Positions 13,601 to 27,529 are shown, numbered from the whole stretch's first letter. The stretch is DNA of 63,407 nt, filler included, from Phoronis australis (GCA_002633005.1; 8 parts of 8 records of this genome joined end to end with filler, not necessarily neighbours in it); one strand, 5' to 3'. Program-made: numbers and translations. The notes: generated from the sequence alone by a model not told the origin.

Positions 13601-14009
13601 ACTGAGTACAGGTGTCATGTATGTCCAACAGCCACTTATCATAAGATTAAGATAACCCTAGAAAAGGATGTTGACCTCATAAAAGTGACACGTGCACGCG
13701 AGCGCGTGGATAACTCAAAAAGATATCGTTGTGACCAAGGTCGACATCGCATTTTCCGTATCAAATACCATTAGTCACCACGACCGGGCCTATTTAAAGA
13801 GACTGAACTTTATCGGCTTATAGTTTATAAAAGTTTGGTACAGTGTTCTTAGTTCATTTTCAGGACAAAACTATTCATAACCATAACATATGTAATGAAA
13901 AACGCGTTTCCACAACTGTCATATAAATCAAAGTTCATTACATCTGAACAATTGTTCAATTTAAACAACAATGATAAAGATTAACCGCTACGTTACCTTT
14001 TCCCCAGTG

Positions 14010-14345
14010 TTATCTTTTGAAAGGTGTTAGGTTGTTAAAGAAAATTCTAGAGAATCTTCCAATAGTACTTCGAACATGTGTATCTGAAGATCCGCCCTTC
14101 ACGGGACTTCCGCGTCGTCTAAAATGACATCTTCGCCCCCCAGATGTCGGCTGGCATCGGCAGCGGCAGAATCCAAATGGCGAATTTGGTGCCATCATGA
14201 TGCCACCGTTTAGGCAATTATCTGTGCACAACGGAAACTGTCTGCTGGGGCTAGCCTCTGCAGTGTGCAGAAGAACGAGGGAAATCAAGGTGCAAATGCA
14301 CCAACTCCTCGCTGTGTCTGTTGACAATCCAACGAAAATCTTCAT
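14010..14345 (-). CDS. Single-exon secreted EGF-like peptide precursor (111 aa)
   Basis: ATG to TAA ORF. Hydrophobic WCICTLISLVLL ends in an A-E-A signal-peptidase motif. Six-Cys module CTDNCLNGG...CRCRCQPTSGGRRC has the EGF hallmarks CxNGG and CxCx5GxxC. It is followed by RRR and has no transmembrane segment. Confidence 0.75.
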   Translation of the reverse strand: MKIFVGLSTDTARSWCICTLISLVLLHTAEASPSRQFPLCTDNCLNGGIMMAPNSPFGFCRCRCQPTSGGRRCHFRRRGSPVKGGSSDTHVRSTIGRFSRIFFNNLTPFKR

Positions 14346-14485
14346 GAGTTCATCAGATATCCGTTTAAATAGTTGAAATCACTGCTATGTGTTCCCTCTC
14401 ATCCGCTAACAGAAGCCGCTGAGAGTGAAGTTATCTTTTTCGCAGGCTGAAAACGTTTTTGATAAACGCGCGGTAAATCAGCCGG

Positions 14486-14492
14486 TTAAATA
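14486..14492 (-). promoter_or_regulatory. TATA-like box upstream of the EGF-like gene
   Basis: TATTTAA on the minus strand ~140 nt upstream of the ATG. Supported by position only. Confidence 0.25.
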
Positions 14493-15487
14493 TCTCTCGC
14501 TGAAATAGTGATTAATTACATCAATTGGTAGCACCGCCTACATCTAGACTCGAGTGCCTCGTTGCTCACCAAAAGCTAATTATTTTTCGATAGACCAGCA
14601 ATATTTTGCTCTTATCACCATAGAGAGACTGCGCTTTGCCAATTTTCTGCCATGGGTATATGACAATACTGTGGCCCCAAAACCAGGATAGGATGATGAA
14701 ATAAGGTCACAGACCAGCCAATCAACTCCCATGCGGATTTGATGTTTAAGCAGTTCGAGTTGAATGAACGCATTTTATGATAGAAGCCCACATAAATGCG
14801 AGAAAACAGCTTGGCAAATCAACCAATGGAAAAAAAGTATTTGGACCACACCTCCGTGAAACATCGATCCATTCAACCGTGCTACTGACATCGATCAACA
14901 TAGTAACTTTCATTCATGATTTTCAAATTTTGACTGAGCACAAATTCAGTTGCCTGTCTCACGACTGCTTGTACGTCTGAGTTGACCAAAGTAGGTCACC
15001 GTGTCTACGCGTTGTCGATATGCGTAATACCACCATCACATTTCACAACTGAATGAAGACACGAAGTGTGTGTGTGTGTGCAATAATTGCCATCGTGACA
15101 AATTCGGCGATAACCAGACTGTCATGGTTACAAACATAGTTACTTTCTTCCATGTTAAACACTGATCACCCATTTTAGAACGACTGAGATAGGAAGCCGC
15201 TGGTTGGATCCAGCATATCCTCGAGATTTCATGTCCGTCAGTGGGCTTTCAGAACTAGGAAAACTTTGATTAAAAATCTTCATCGTAACATAATTAATAA
15301 CCAGCAGTAATACACATTAAAAAAGCTTAGTTCGTGTTTTTCTCTTTTAACCAACAACGTAATCACAGTTGTATTAAAACATATGGGAGATTGATTATTC
15401 GCCCTCAGCAGCGTAGGCGCTGCTTAGTACGTGCCTTAAAACACGAATGCATTATGGAATTGAAAAACCACGGTGACAGGTGGATTT

Positions 15488-15587
15488 NNNNNNNNNNNNN
15501 NNNNNNNNNNNNNNNNNNNNNNNNNNNNNNNTTAATTAATTAANNNNNNNNNNNNNNNNNNNNNNNNNNNNNNNNNNNNNNNNNNNN
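15488..15587. other. Artificial contig spacer
   Basis: 44N + TTAATTAATTAA (stops in all six frames) + 44N. Confidence 0.98.
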
Positions 15588-18500
15588 TGTTGATACTACG
15601 ACCGCTCATCGAAATAATGTACACCCACGAAATTCGGACACTAGCGGAAACCCAAATTTGGAGGTCCGCCAAATTCGGACACCACAAAATGATATTTCGC
15701 GAGATTCGTCCAAGAATGAATTTTTTCTATTGGAATTGATTTTCAGTGTCCGAAAATCACGCGACTTTACCGTACAGCTGCCAGTCACTCCTGGTGTCCC
15801 ACTACACAGTGCATTGTTCTCATGTCAAGTGTTTACCCAGAGAGTTACCAGAGATTGAAAGAATTCACACAAGTCTACCAAAGACAAAATACATAAACAC
15901 AGCTGATCATTCAAGATTCATGAAGGGAGGATTGACTGCAAAACAAACCACTCAAAAACTAGGAAAAACACCCCAAGGATCTCTTCTACGGAGTACTCCT
16001 CAATACTGTTGGCAAGGTTGTGTTTCAACTGGCCCATCCTGAAAAAGCACAGCACCACTCTCATTTCAAGGTATTTACCCACAATGCAATGCTTGTGCCA
16101 AGCATGCACACTTACTAGTCACTAACATAAGTAACTCCTGGAATGAGCAATAACTAGATTTAATAGTAGTGTGGACGTTACTTGCTCTGTGACAACTTAC
16201 CCCACCTTATCGAGTGTCTAGTTCTAAGCCAGCTTGGTCCAGCGCAAGCTGTAGAGTAGATGCAAACCTATCCGCAAGACAAAAGTAAATACCATTGTGG
16301 ACATGACAACTGACCTATCGCAAGCTCCGCCACCTTGCGCAATGTCGACAAACAAACAATAAGTTTTACCCAGCAACGTGTTGTTTGTCGGGTATAACAG
16401 CGGCTTGGAAACGAAGGTGCGTCAAGAATGCTGCGTTCTGATTGGTCAGTTAAGCCGTCACTCAAAATCCTGGCGATAGGTCTATTCATTCCAGGAGTAA
16501 CTTGTTTTAGGGTAACCAGTAATTAACTTTCCACAAGTGCAAGGGCATGACTGATGTAAATGCAACAATGTGTACTGACTGACAATTTGCATTATCAACA
16601 GTTAAGTGAGGTAGCCTGCATGAACAGACACCACTGACTAAAATTAATTGCGATTATAATTATTTATCCAGATCAAGGACTATACCTCTATTCAGGTGAC
16701 TGAATAAAAAGCAGGCAAAGCCCAATGCTGATGTAATCAAATACTTGGTACTTCCTAGTGACATCAGCAGTGGAAGGCCTGTACTTATACCTGACTAGTA
16801 CGCCTGATGTAATCAAGCAAATGTCACAAGAAACTTGTGCAACATATGAAATTAAAAGCCTTACAAAAATGTGGGCGAGGATGCTACCACAAGAGCGCGC
16901 CTGCCAGTATCAAATGGGCAGTATCCCCCCACAATGCAACACGGTTTGGACTCGTAGAGTGTAGACCCTGATTTCCTGTTTTCAAAAACAGAGAAATCCG
17001 TTATCACAAACACAAATTTTTTTTGTTTTATTTTATAAATTAACAAATTCCTTTTTACTATTTCTAAGAGAAATACAACACTGACCCATGCCATAGTGCC
17101 ATTATGCGGATAACTTGGCTGCATGCCATCTTTGTTTGTTAAATCCAGAAAAGAACAGCGACTCCTTCAAGCGGAATGAACACCTGCTTGGACACGTCTG
17201 CAGCAAAACGCTCATCAATCGATTCGTAACGAGAATTATTGAATTTGGTGGACTACTTTCTTGGTGTTTCGTGAACATAAAAAATATCATTAACAGTAGT
17301 ATGGTAGCACTGTTAATTCTGTTTCAAACGGCTAATTCTGTGAAAGAAGTCCAACTCCGTGAATTCTCTCCGTTTTTCCTTATCACAGAAAATCAGGATC
17401 ACTACAAGAGAATGTTGTTATGGTAATTCTCGTATTTCGAACACTCACCTCATTGCACATACAAAAAATTATTTGAAAAGATAATATACTGTCCCTCGCT
17501 TATTTCACACGAGGCGACTTGGTGACTCACACAATTTGCAAAAGCTCAGGTCTGCACCTCACAAAATGTTGTACAAGGCTGCATGATGGGAATAATCTGC
17601 CTCACCTAATACGCTGCACACCGGCAGTTAGCAATGTTTGGTTTACTCTCTTACTATTTCGCACATTCATCAACAACAAAGTTGGTCTTCTCAGTTTACT
17701 TCACGCACCCCCACCACCAGGAAAACATGTGGAGAATCACTGTAAATCTCAACTGGCCTCTAAATGTGATCAAACAGATTAATTTAAGCAGCTACTACAG
17801 GAACCCTTCAGGATTTTAGCCAGCAGTCAGTGGGGTATCAGAAAGTAGCATGCATAGCCTTGTGTGATGCAACACCTGTGTCTGGTTTGCATAAAACTTC
17901 ATCCTACAAATATTTTGCACCACTAATGAAGTGCCGAGAAAACACTGGGAGAGCTGCAAATTAATGTTCCATCAACCCTCATGGCAAGAATTCAAGAAAT
18001 ATCTTAATAATTGGCAGACATGTTAACATTAAACAAAATTAAATCAGCCAGTCTATAACCTAACGGACAATGACCTAGTACACAACTAGGAGAGGGTCTC
18101 AACACATTACTGGAATTAACCACATATAAAAATTGTTTTATGGAGAAGCCGCAAAAAGACAAAAGAAGCAGACGTATCATAAATCATGCTCTATTTACTG
18201 GGACTGGTGCAAGCCTTTCTTCAGCATTCCTCAGCTAACCCTGGAAATACAAGTTCAATAACATTTGTCGCAAAGCATTTAGCTTCGACCTCTCAACATA
18301 GTCTGCAGCAGAATTTAGTGACTTTCCCTAAAATTTCCATATGATTCTCAACCACAATACTGAATATTTCTAAACTTAATTTTCTTGGTACGCAACCACT
18401 TCCACAGACCAATCACGTGACAAATACAGTTATAAACCAGTCTCATTACTAGTCAAGTCTTTACTTTGTGATTACTTTTTGTTTCTGTATTTGCAGGCAG

Positions 18501-19139
18501 ACGGTTGCTTTTCAAAAGACATGAAATTTAAACACGGCGTGTGTCTTGTCAAAGGCTCAAGTTTTTGATTGAAATCAGACTCTAGATGGTGCTGTAGTGG
18601 CCATTTAGTGCTTTGCAGCTTCAGCTTTTTGAGGCATCTTTCTGAAATTTGGTATGTGCTCAGATCATCGTCATGACACCCCAAGACTTTCTTGATCTCT
18701 TTCATTCCATTTTGTAATCAGAATAGCAATGATTTCTAACCTTGAAAACAACTGAAGTCGTCACTGCTTCAAACCAGGCCATGGTCTGTCATTGGTGTTT
18801 CAGTTCAATCAAAGGACAAGGACCTGATGGCATTGCGTTGCCAGAAAGTTGATTCACCAGGGGTGAAGACAGACAGATATATGGTGTTCTGTTCAACATA
18901 ATTATTTCTGAAAATGATTAAAACCTATTTGAATAAAAGAATAAGAGTATCTGAAAATATTCCCATAACTCTTACGACTTACCGAGAAACTTTGTACAAC
19001 TTATTTCCAGGCAGTTGTGTGCTGATAATTACACCGTACGCTAAACCTTTATTTGGTAACTGTGAATTGGGAGCGTAAGACGAAATTTCTGTCTTTTCAT
19101 GACATATGTCGTTGAACATGTTTGATAGAGGCTTTCAGC

Positions 19140-19325
19140 TTTTTATAGTTCTACACATATAAAACAGGCCACATAACTACAGTATCAGACACATTTTCAC
19201 TTTTTACAGTTCTACACATATGAAAACAGGCCATATAACTGCAGTGTCAGACACGTTTTCATTTTTTTAGTTCTACACATATGAAAACAGGCCACACAAC
19301 AACAGTATCAGGCAAGTTTTCACAA
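19140..19325. repeat. Tandem repeat, ~61-bp unit, 3 copies
   Basis: agttctacacatat...aaaacaggcca recurs at 19147, 19208 and 19269. Confidence 0.9.
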
Positions 19326-22300
19326 TTCAGTCAGATCAGAGAGGAACAGGTGTTCTCACAATCTAAGGTGAAACTCTGCCTTACCTGCAATGCAGCGCAG
19401 ACTCACGGGCGTGAATGTACAGAATGATCTAACCGATGGGTAGCCATCATAACCAAGTTAACAAGAAACACTAAGCACTCACTGGCCAACAGAAAACAAA
19501 TCTGTTTTTTCATAATTTGGACAAAAGCCAAAACAAATGGATAAAATATGGGATTGCACTCATCAAAATATTGATTTTTGCCAGTTTATATTCTCACGAA
19601 ATACTAATCTTTTGTACCAAGTAACAAAAAACTTGGTTGCAAAAACTTCCTAAAATATTACAACACTGGTAAAACGTTAAGTAAGCAGAGACTGTTTTGA
19701 TACTGGAATAAATTGATAAGTTTAAACAATGAAATCAAATATCGCTCGTGATCTAACAAGGTCTAAGATAGCATTTCCAGACAGTGAATCACTACAAAAA
19801 AATGGAAAGTGAATAAATGATCGAAACTTGCAACTGCCAGACAAAATATGAGGCACAATTAGACACGCAACTCTGGTGTATCACTGATTATCAGTACCAT
19901 ATCTAGGTGTGAAGTGAGAAAGATGTTTTCATGTTGAGAATTCAGTAACTTTTGATAAACTGCATGCATTTACTTATTAAGAAACAAGGATGTTGTTAAA
20001 AGTTGAAGCATATCATTAAACTGAATGATTTAGTGTCGCTATGTTCACACGAAATGAAAGGCAAGCCTACCGTAATTTTCAATTTATTCGCCCACAATAG
20101 TAATTGCCATAATTGTTGTTTTCCTTATGTCAAAGCCTGATAACTTTGCTACTTGTGACACTCCATGACATCCTCACATTACGTGCCATGTCAGTAATAG
20201 ACTAAAATTTTTAATCTTATTTTTGTGAAATATTTGATGAACTACAATTTCAATTGTAGGCCATATCGAGTGCTAAAAAGTGAAGAATTACCATATGATC
20301 GAGCAGCTACAAGGTTAATTCCATAAAGTACATAAGGGTTTGCTTTGCACATTTCCAGGTCTTTGTATAGAAATTCCCGTAATAACAAACAACAGATTAG
20401 TACGGCATTCACATGTTCCTCTTATCACAAACAGTTTCTTTACGTCACAAAACAATATGGTGGTACATTAAAATTTTATTTTACTGAAATTTTCAACAAC
20501 AATAAAAAGGAAAAAAACTTCACTTCATTACTTAGACAACTGACTACATATTGTAGCTGTCATCAACAAACACTTACGATGAAAATTTGCACATGCAAAA
20601 TGGTAAAACATCCTGTGTTCAACACTCAAATCACTCCTTAATGACTCACAGTGTCACATGGGGAATTGCCCAATCATCACAAGGAAGAGATAGACTGGGA
20701 CAAGTCTTTATAAACAGTTGTCATACCAAGTTATTACACACCTGAAAAACAACTGACAGGAGATACCACATTGAGGCTGACTCTGCGACTTTAACAGTGA
20801 ACTGGGGCGAATATACTTGACCCGAATGTGCACAATCTGGTTCTCTACAGACAAGTCTGTTCCCATGAACAATTAACGAACATTGATGTCGCTACTAAAT
20901 GGATATTTGTAACAAACATTGGGGGCAAAACACTGACCTGAATAGATTTAACTAAAAAGTACTCAAGAAGTCAAGACCTATGGGAGTCCTCCAAAACGAG
21001 GTTACCACAGATTGCATTAGCTAGAATGTTGAACCTAAACTCATACATGCGAGTTACCACACATCACAAATATCACAAATGTATTGAACTTAACAGTCTT
21101 TTTTCACTAAATGTTTTAATGCATTTAATCACTATTAAATGCAACATCTGCGATGTAAGTTCATCAGAAATGTCCAGGACTCGAGACAATCAAACTTTGC
21201 TTGAGACGTCAATCACATAGCATGCTTCAAGTCGCTGTCGTGTCCAGTTTCAAACTAAGTTCGGAGCTTTCCGGTCCAAAACTTTTCGTTTCAAACACTC
21301 ACAATTAGCTTAATAACCTCCTCCATGTTTGGGTGAAGGAGACAAAGGTAGTGGGAAAAACACAAGCCCTTTTGATAGCACTTCACGGCAGCTGCAGAAT
21401 GACAACTAAGGTGTGAATGACCGCAAGAGGCGTTTACAACAAGCAAGAGACATTTTCACTAGCGCAGCACAGGCAGTTTGAGTTACAGCAACTGCTGGCA
21501 TTTTTTCTAGCGTTAACCAGTTCGTTTTCTTTACCAGCACTTCATAGCCAGACAGCTATTTCAAAGGACAGACGTGGGTAAGAGAGGTACATAGCTGTGT
21601 TATTACATTTATTGGGGAGAGTGAATGTACTTTATACCAAGTACTGCTTCAAAAGCCATATGCGAGACGAGGAAAGAAATGAGTGAAAAGTGAAAGTGAC
21701 CCCTACGCAGGCAGGTGAAACCTTCTTTAATATACCAACTTGACACTTTCATAGAAGCTGGGGTGAACCGGGTATAAAATCAGCAACCTGACATAAGAGA
21801 GCAGACCAAATAATCACCCAAGAGACAGTCACCACCATAGTTTTGACTGTGCAACGCACAAAACCAATCAGATTATTACCACGCTTTTACACAAATGGAA
21901 TGAACAGGTGTCATCATAGCCCAAGATGTCATGTGCAGACACCTTGTCTACCACTTACCAGGAATGATGTTAGAGTAAGTAGAACCAATCATTATCACTG
22001 CTGAGACTATAGTGATTGCATAAATACAATCTACGTCATAGAAAACAATGTGGTTATTGTTGTCGTAATGCACGTATTGTAACAGCAAAAACAAGTAGGC
22101 GGCGCCGTCTTACCCGCATAGGTAAAATACCCAGAGAACCTTCTGAGGAAATGAGGAGCCGAGTAATGAAACGCAAACCTCTTGATACAACCATGCAATT
22201 GTCTTCCTTTTCAAAAAGAGGTTTGAAAAGCAATCAGAATGTAGTTGGAAACGAACTTTGAAATGCTGAATAACTGATGCAACCTGGAATTGAACATTAC

Positions 22301-24354
22301 TTGAGACAATGTAATCCTGTCTGTTGGACTTACAATGTTGCTGTACGCTTTTCCTAAGTGCTAAGAGGTGCCACAGACTGGGAGAGATACATGTTGAGCT
22401 AATGGATTTGTGAGGCAGTTAGCTAAACGCGCAGGCGACACCTATCGTCTCATAAAGTCAGAATCCTCGACCTACTATCTCCAAGTTTCTTTCCCATCAC
22501 TCTTTCAAGTCTTGTTAGACAAAAATATTAATCAAGTTTAGACAAGGCCAAACCTACTTTTGAAATAACGAAGCAATTACTTTTCATTTTCAGCGAAATG
22601 AGCAGCAGGAATGCATGAAAACATACAACGTAGACGGATACGCTGTATAAATAAAGCAATTCCATACTGAAAAAGAAAGAAATACAGTGGCTTTAAGATA
22701 GTGCCAGATATAAAACTTGTGGTCATTTGACAAAACAAACAAAAGAAGAAAACTGGAAGACACAAGTTGTCTGCAACATGAAATGGTCTGGACCCGGATC
22801 TGACCTAGATCTTCAGATATCTTTGCAATGTGTCAAACTGGGTGCAGGTGATCAAATCGAGGAATTGACAAGCCATGCAATGTCTGAACTGGGGCACCAG
22901 GTCACAGTCCTTAGTATGAGGTTGGGCTAGAGCACAGCAACAAGAACAGAGGTACTTTACTGACAGCACAGGTGGACCCCCTTTCATTGTGATTATACGA
23001 CTACTCCCACTCTATCAGTAGGATGTTAAAACAGGAAGTGATTGAATAGAAAATGGACCTGACGTTCAGAAGTACTTTGTTTTGTAACTCTGGTTGAGGC
23101 CAATAACTTCATTTAAAAATAATCCCAAAACTGCATTTTCCAGCCGTAAATAATGTTCCTTTAAAAGGAAACTTCCAGTGGCCAATAAAATATCAGTATC
23201 TAATTTCATGAAATGCAACACTGTTATCTATTTAGAAAATTTAGCAAAGAAAGTTTAACTAATCGCTAAAGGAAATGGGTTGATTTGGAGAGCCTGGGGC
23301 GCCCTTTCAGATTTTACAAAAAACCATTGGTATGCCATTTTTAGGGAATATTTAAACATTTTCCATAGAACATTGTAGATGCCACCCCTCTCCCTTATGG
23401 TGACCTAACGCACTGACACAGCCAAAAAAAAATGAAGGCATACTGTATAAGGGTGAACATTTTTCCTTCAACCATCATAGTCATCCTCAACCAAGTCAGA
23501 CTCATCCAAAAACCTTATTCAACTACCAAGGAATGCTCTTTATCAACAGAACAATCAAAGAAGACATGGTCAGCATACCACTTTAGGGGCTACATGAACG
23601 GTTTTCCTCAAGGCATTGAAGGCCCCCCCCACCCTAGTATGACATCCTAGATCCAATGCTCTTAAATATGCCTAAAATTAGACTTGACACACAAAACAAT
23701 AAGATAAAGGTGACTTTAATATCTAGTCCAGCCCAAGTAAGGATGAGTCAAGTGACAAACCAACGGAGGGACGGCACATATTCTTGACAGTGCATGTTCT
23801 TGACGAGCAGACCCTCAAGAGTACTCATGACCCAGACAAGTGCCTTTAAATAATGTGAAAGATGCACTGACAATACACTACTCAAGACAGCAACACCAGA
23901 ATAAAATAACAAGGCAAACATTTGAGAAGCCACTACACTGGTAGATGTCTGCGCTACTCCAAGAGGATCACATTCCCAGACAGGTTTCACAAACTTGTAG
24001 GGATACATTTAAAATCCAGTAGTCAACTAAAGATTTGTTGTGTAATTTTGCAGTGGCATGACACAGCAATTTCTTCACCATTTTACTATTTGCAGCAATC
24101 AACAATGAACAGTTCTAACACCAGTTTGCGAAAACGAAGTCATGACAGCGCATAGACAGGCTGCTCAAAACAGAATTAAATGTTCAGGACTCAAAATATT
24201 CATAAGATAAATTTGAATGACTTTGTCAATGTTAAACCAAATGTTAAACAAGTTAAATATAATGTTCTGTAATTAGCAATATATATAGTACTCTTGTGAT
24301 TCAGTGATTCTTACATTTGCAGTTCAGCTTTGAAACAATTAAAAAAGACCATTC

Positions 24355-24549
24355 CTATCCATAATACAAGTATGGCAGCCACAGTGGACATGTGTAAAAA
24401 CTGCCACCTCTTCTCTGGATTGTCTCTCCATGCTGTAAGTAAGCCACAAACAATGTCCTGACAACACAGGTCATCATTGGCCCGCCATGTGTCAATGAAG
24501 AAGGTCCACAAGGGTCCATGACCACAGACTTCAATTCAAAATTCAAAAC
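24355..24549 (-). CDS. Candidate next/terminal exon of the single-pass protein
   Basis: Acceptor aattttcAG lies 142 nt after the donor. The frame stays open in phase 0 (VLNFELKSVVMDPCGP...YYG*). No recognisable homology. Confidence 0.25.
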   Translation of the reverse strand, partial: VLNFELKSVVMDPCGPSSLTHGGPMMTCVVRTLFVAYLQHGETIQRRGGSFYTCPLWLPYLYYG

Positions 24550-24691
24550 CTGAAAATTGTTTCCTCGAACCTTGTGGTCAATTTTGGAGTCGAGTCCTGA
24601 ATATTAAGTTCAATGGTCTTGACCCACAAACAATCTCATACCCCGACACCAGCATTCTACGCCATCCCTAAGCAAGCCGTGATCAACTCAC

Positions 24692-24897
24692 CGCTGTACA
24701 CTGGTCATCCCTACTTGAACTGGACACTGTATGTAGGTGGTGGAAGTCAGCCCTGTCGAAGGTGTGGCCCGCCCTGCCCGTGTCCCTTAGACCACATCGC
24801 CACATACGGACACAGCAGACAAGAATGATGATGAAAATTATGAAGATGGCGAGTGTGGGCAGTATCACGTATTCCACAGCCGGCAGACTACCAGTTG
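24692..24897 (-). CDS. Internal exon encoding the transmembrane helix and proximal tail of an unidentified single-pass membrane protein
   Basis: Acceptor tttactgtttacAG, donor GTGAGT. The 206-bp exon (phase 1 to phase 0) reads TGSLPAVEYVILPTLAIFIIFIIILVCCVRMWRCGLRD..., a hydrophobic helix followed by CC and basic residues. Confidence 0.65.
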
Positions 24898-27037
24898 CTG
24901 TAAACAGTAAAAAGTCCCAAGTTGAGCACAAATTAGGGTTAAATTTCACCAAATTCAAATATAAGTAATTGCAAACAACTTGAGGGTAGCTAAAGAACAA
25001 AACTTAGTGATGATGAAGGGTTTGGTAAGTTCAAATGTCCTTTTCTGCCATATTGTGCTCTCTATTGGTGACGTTTAATTCAGATACGGTAAAATATCAC
25101 CAAGTTCGCACATAATAATGGCGGACAAGTGAAATTGTATTTTTTCATTATTTCATAAAAAATAAGTAGTCTTAAAAGGTATACATCATAGCTTCCCTCG
25201 GACAATTTTGTTGAGAAACTCGAGTAGACATTCACAACAATATTATTGAGGAGCATTTGAAAAATGCAAAATGTTCAATTGAGATTTTATTCTATGACTC
25301 AACTATTGACGATCATTTTAAAAAAATTGGCATCTTTTTGTTCATATGCAAAGAATGCACCAACCAGTACAGAAGAGATAGAACAAAACTTAAAGATCCG
25401 CAATTGGGCTTTAAGTCTAAACAATGTGAAAGAGAATTCAGAAAGATGTCCATTGGAAACAAAAAAATAGGATTGCAGCTTCAGCTTGAGAAAATGCTTT
25501 TCGGTAAACAGCCAGAGGGCAGGAACGGCTAATTCAGTGACAGACTAGGCTTTCTATGTACCACATACTACGGATCAAGAAACTATAAAAACAAAACGGT
25601 GGAGATAAAAAAACAGCTATTACTTTCTGAAAAATCTTCATGGTCATTAACAGAATGAGTCACTGAACATGTTGGCACAAAAAAAAGTCTAGCCGAAACG
25701 CGTTGACACTCCCAGATGTACGCACATGCAACACATTTTTTTCAACAAAAAGTAACAGACTTTTTTATGTAGACAGCATAACTCAAACACGCTGACACAA
25801 TAGGTAACAATACAAAATGTCACGAAAAGCTGCGAACCGACAACACCACATTACGCTTTTTATATCACAATACAAAGAACAACAGCCGGAGGAACGTTAT
25901 TAGCAAGTTTGGGAATGTAAGTCAGTGAAGCCCGGGAGGTGAACAGCTGACGGACACTGCAATAAGCAATTAAACTGACACAGAGGACTATAAGTATCAA
26001 GTTTTTTATGGCCTAAGTTGGGCGATAAATAAATCATTAACATGCTTCAGACGTCCATAAGGTGCAAGACAACTGCAGTTTTGGGTGAGCTGAACAAAAT
26101 TTGAAGGCACCATAGACAGCACAAGACAGGTCACTCGCAGTAAGACGTAAAATCAAATTCTTAAAAGCACAAAATATCAGTTCTAGACAATTTTTCTGCA
26201 GAAGAACTGCTTCCACACATGCCACCATATACAATTATGAAAGTGGTCTTAGCTGTTATATTGTCAAACACAAGGCGGAGTCGTGATAAAAATTCTTCAC
26301 TTAGGACGAAAATAATTCCTAAATTTGGCATTTTGTCTACCTTTCATAGGCCTCCTATGTAGCTGCCAAAGCTCAACATTTTACCGAATGCTGTTTGGAG
26401 ACCAGACAATAATGGCAATAGTGACTTACAAGGGTATCACATTCTGAAAACTATAGTTCTCTCTATAGAATAGTGGGCATTGAACTGGCTCGCAAAATGC
26501 AGAACCCATTGCCCAAGAATGCTAAAAGCAAGCAAATTATGTTGAAAAGATATTTTTGTTGAGAATTTTGATGAGATGAAATTCCACTTTTCTCCCAAAT
26601 TGATATTTTACCCTACTTCAAAATCATCCTAGCTGCTTTATGGCTTTAACCAGGAGACAAGTAGGCATGATATGCTGCAACTTTGGGTTTCTTGTTGCTT
26701 CTGTCATGTTAACTATTCGCTCGTGCGCTGTCAGTTCAAATGCCCCGAGTACCAATACTACAAGAAGGTGCCCAGCCCCTACATGCGAGCTTGTGTGGCT
26801 GGGCAAACAGCAGGTGGTAAGAGTTCACAACTGCAACACAAGTACTTGAAGTACAAAGACCAGACAATTTTCGATCTTCACAGACTGCACAGGCGTTCAC
26901 ATTAACAGCATTCTTTTTAAATTCTGTTCTCACGGCCTGTAGTTATATTTATCTTCATATGGACTATATGCCTTTTCACCGTGTCATAAGAAACTGAGTT
27001 GATGTGTACAAGAACTGAGACCATTATCAGAGCAACA

Positions 27038-27132
27038 GTCAAATATAACGTGCCCAGATTTTGAGAACCAGTTTGATGCCTGTTATTCAGTGGGAAAACC
27101 GGTTCTCAAAATGCGGGCACATTGCATATGAC
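27038..27132. repeat. ~95-bp hairpin / mini-MITE
   Basis: The arm gtcaaatataacgtgcccagattttgagaaccagttt pairs with aaaccggttctcaaaatgcgggcacattgcatatgac. Confidence 0.75.
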
Positions 27133-27529
27133 AATTACCATCATCTGCACAATATCATGAAGACTAATCTAAGTTCTTCCTTTGTGGCACAGATCAATTA
27201 CCACATTAGCAACGAGATAACAACAATAAAACACTGAATGAAACAAACTGAATATTTTAAACTGGTTATTATATCGCTTGGCTTTTAAAATCGAATTTCT
27301 CATGTAAGATTGGGTTAGGAGCTTTTTTCCCACTGGAAAAAGATAAAAATTAGCAAAAACTATGCAGTGTTTTTTCAATGGCCATGTGTTCACCTTAACA
27401 AAAGACTGTAGGAACATTTAACAATGAACGATATCTGAATTTGGAAACCGTTAATACAATATGAAAGACAAGAGATGCACATTCCCAATACATGTCAAAT
27501 GTTTATGTACACAATAACCGAGTACAATT

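Noticed and set aside
26624-26936. Candidate upstream exon of the single-pass protein
   Set aside because: The only plausible ATG frame ends at a weak GTTAAA donor in phase 0, incompatible with the phase-1 acceptor at 24897.
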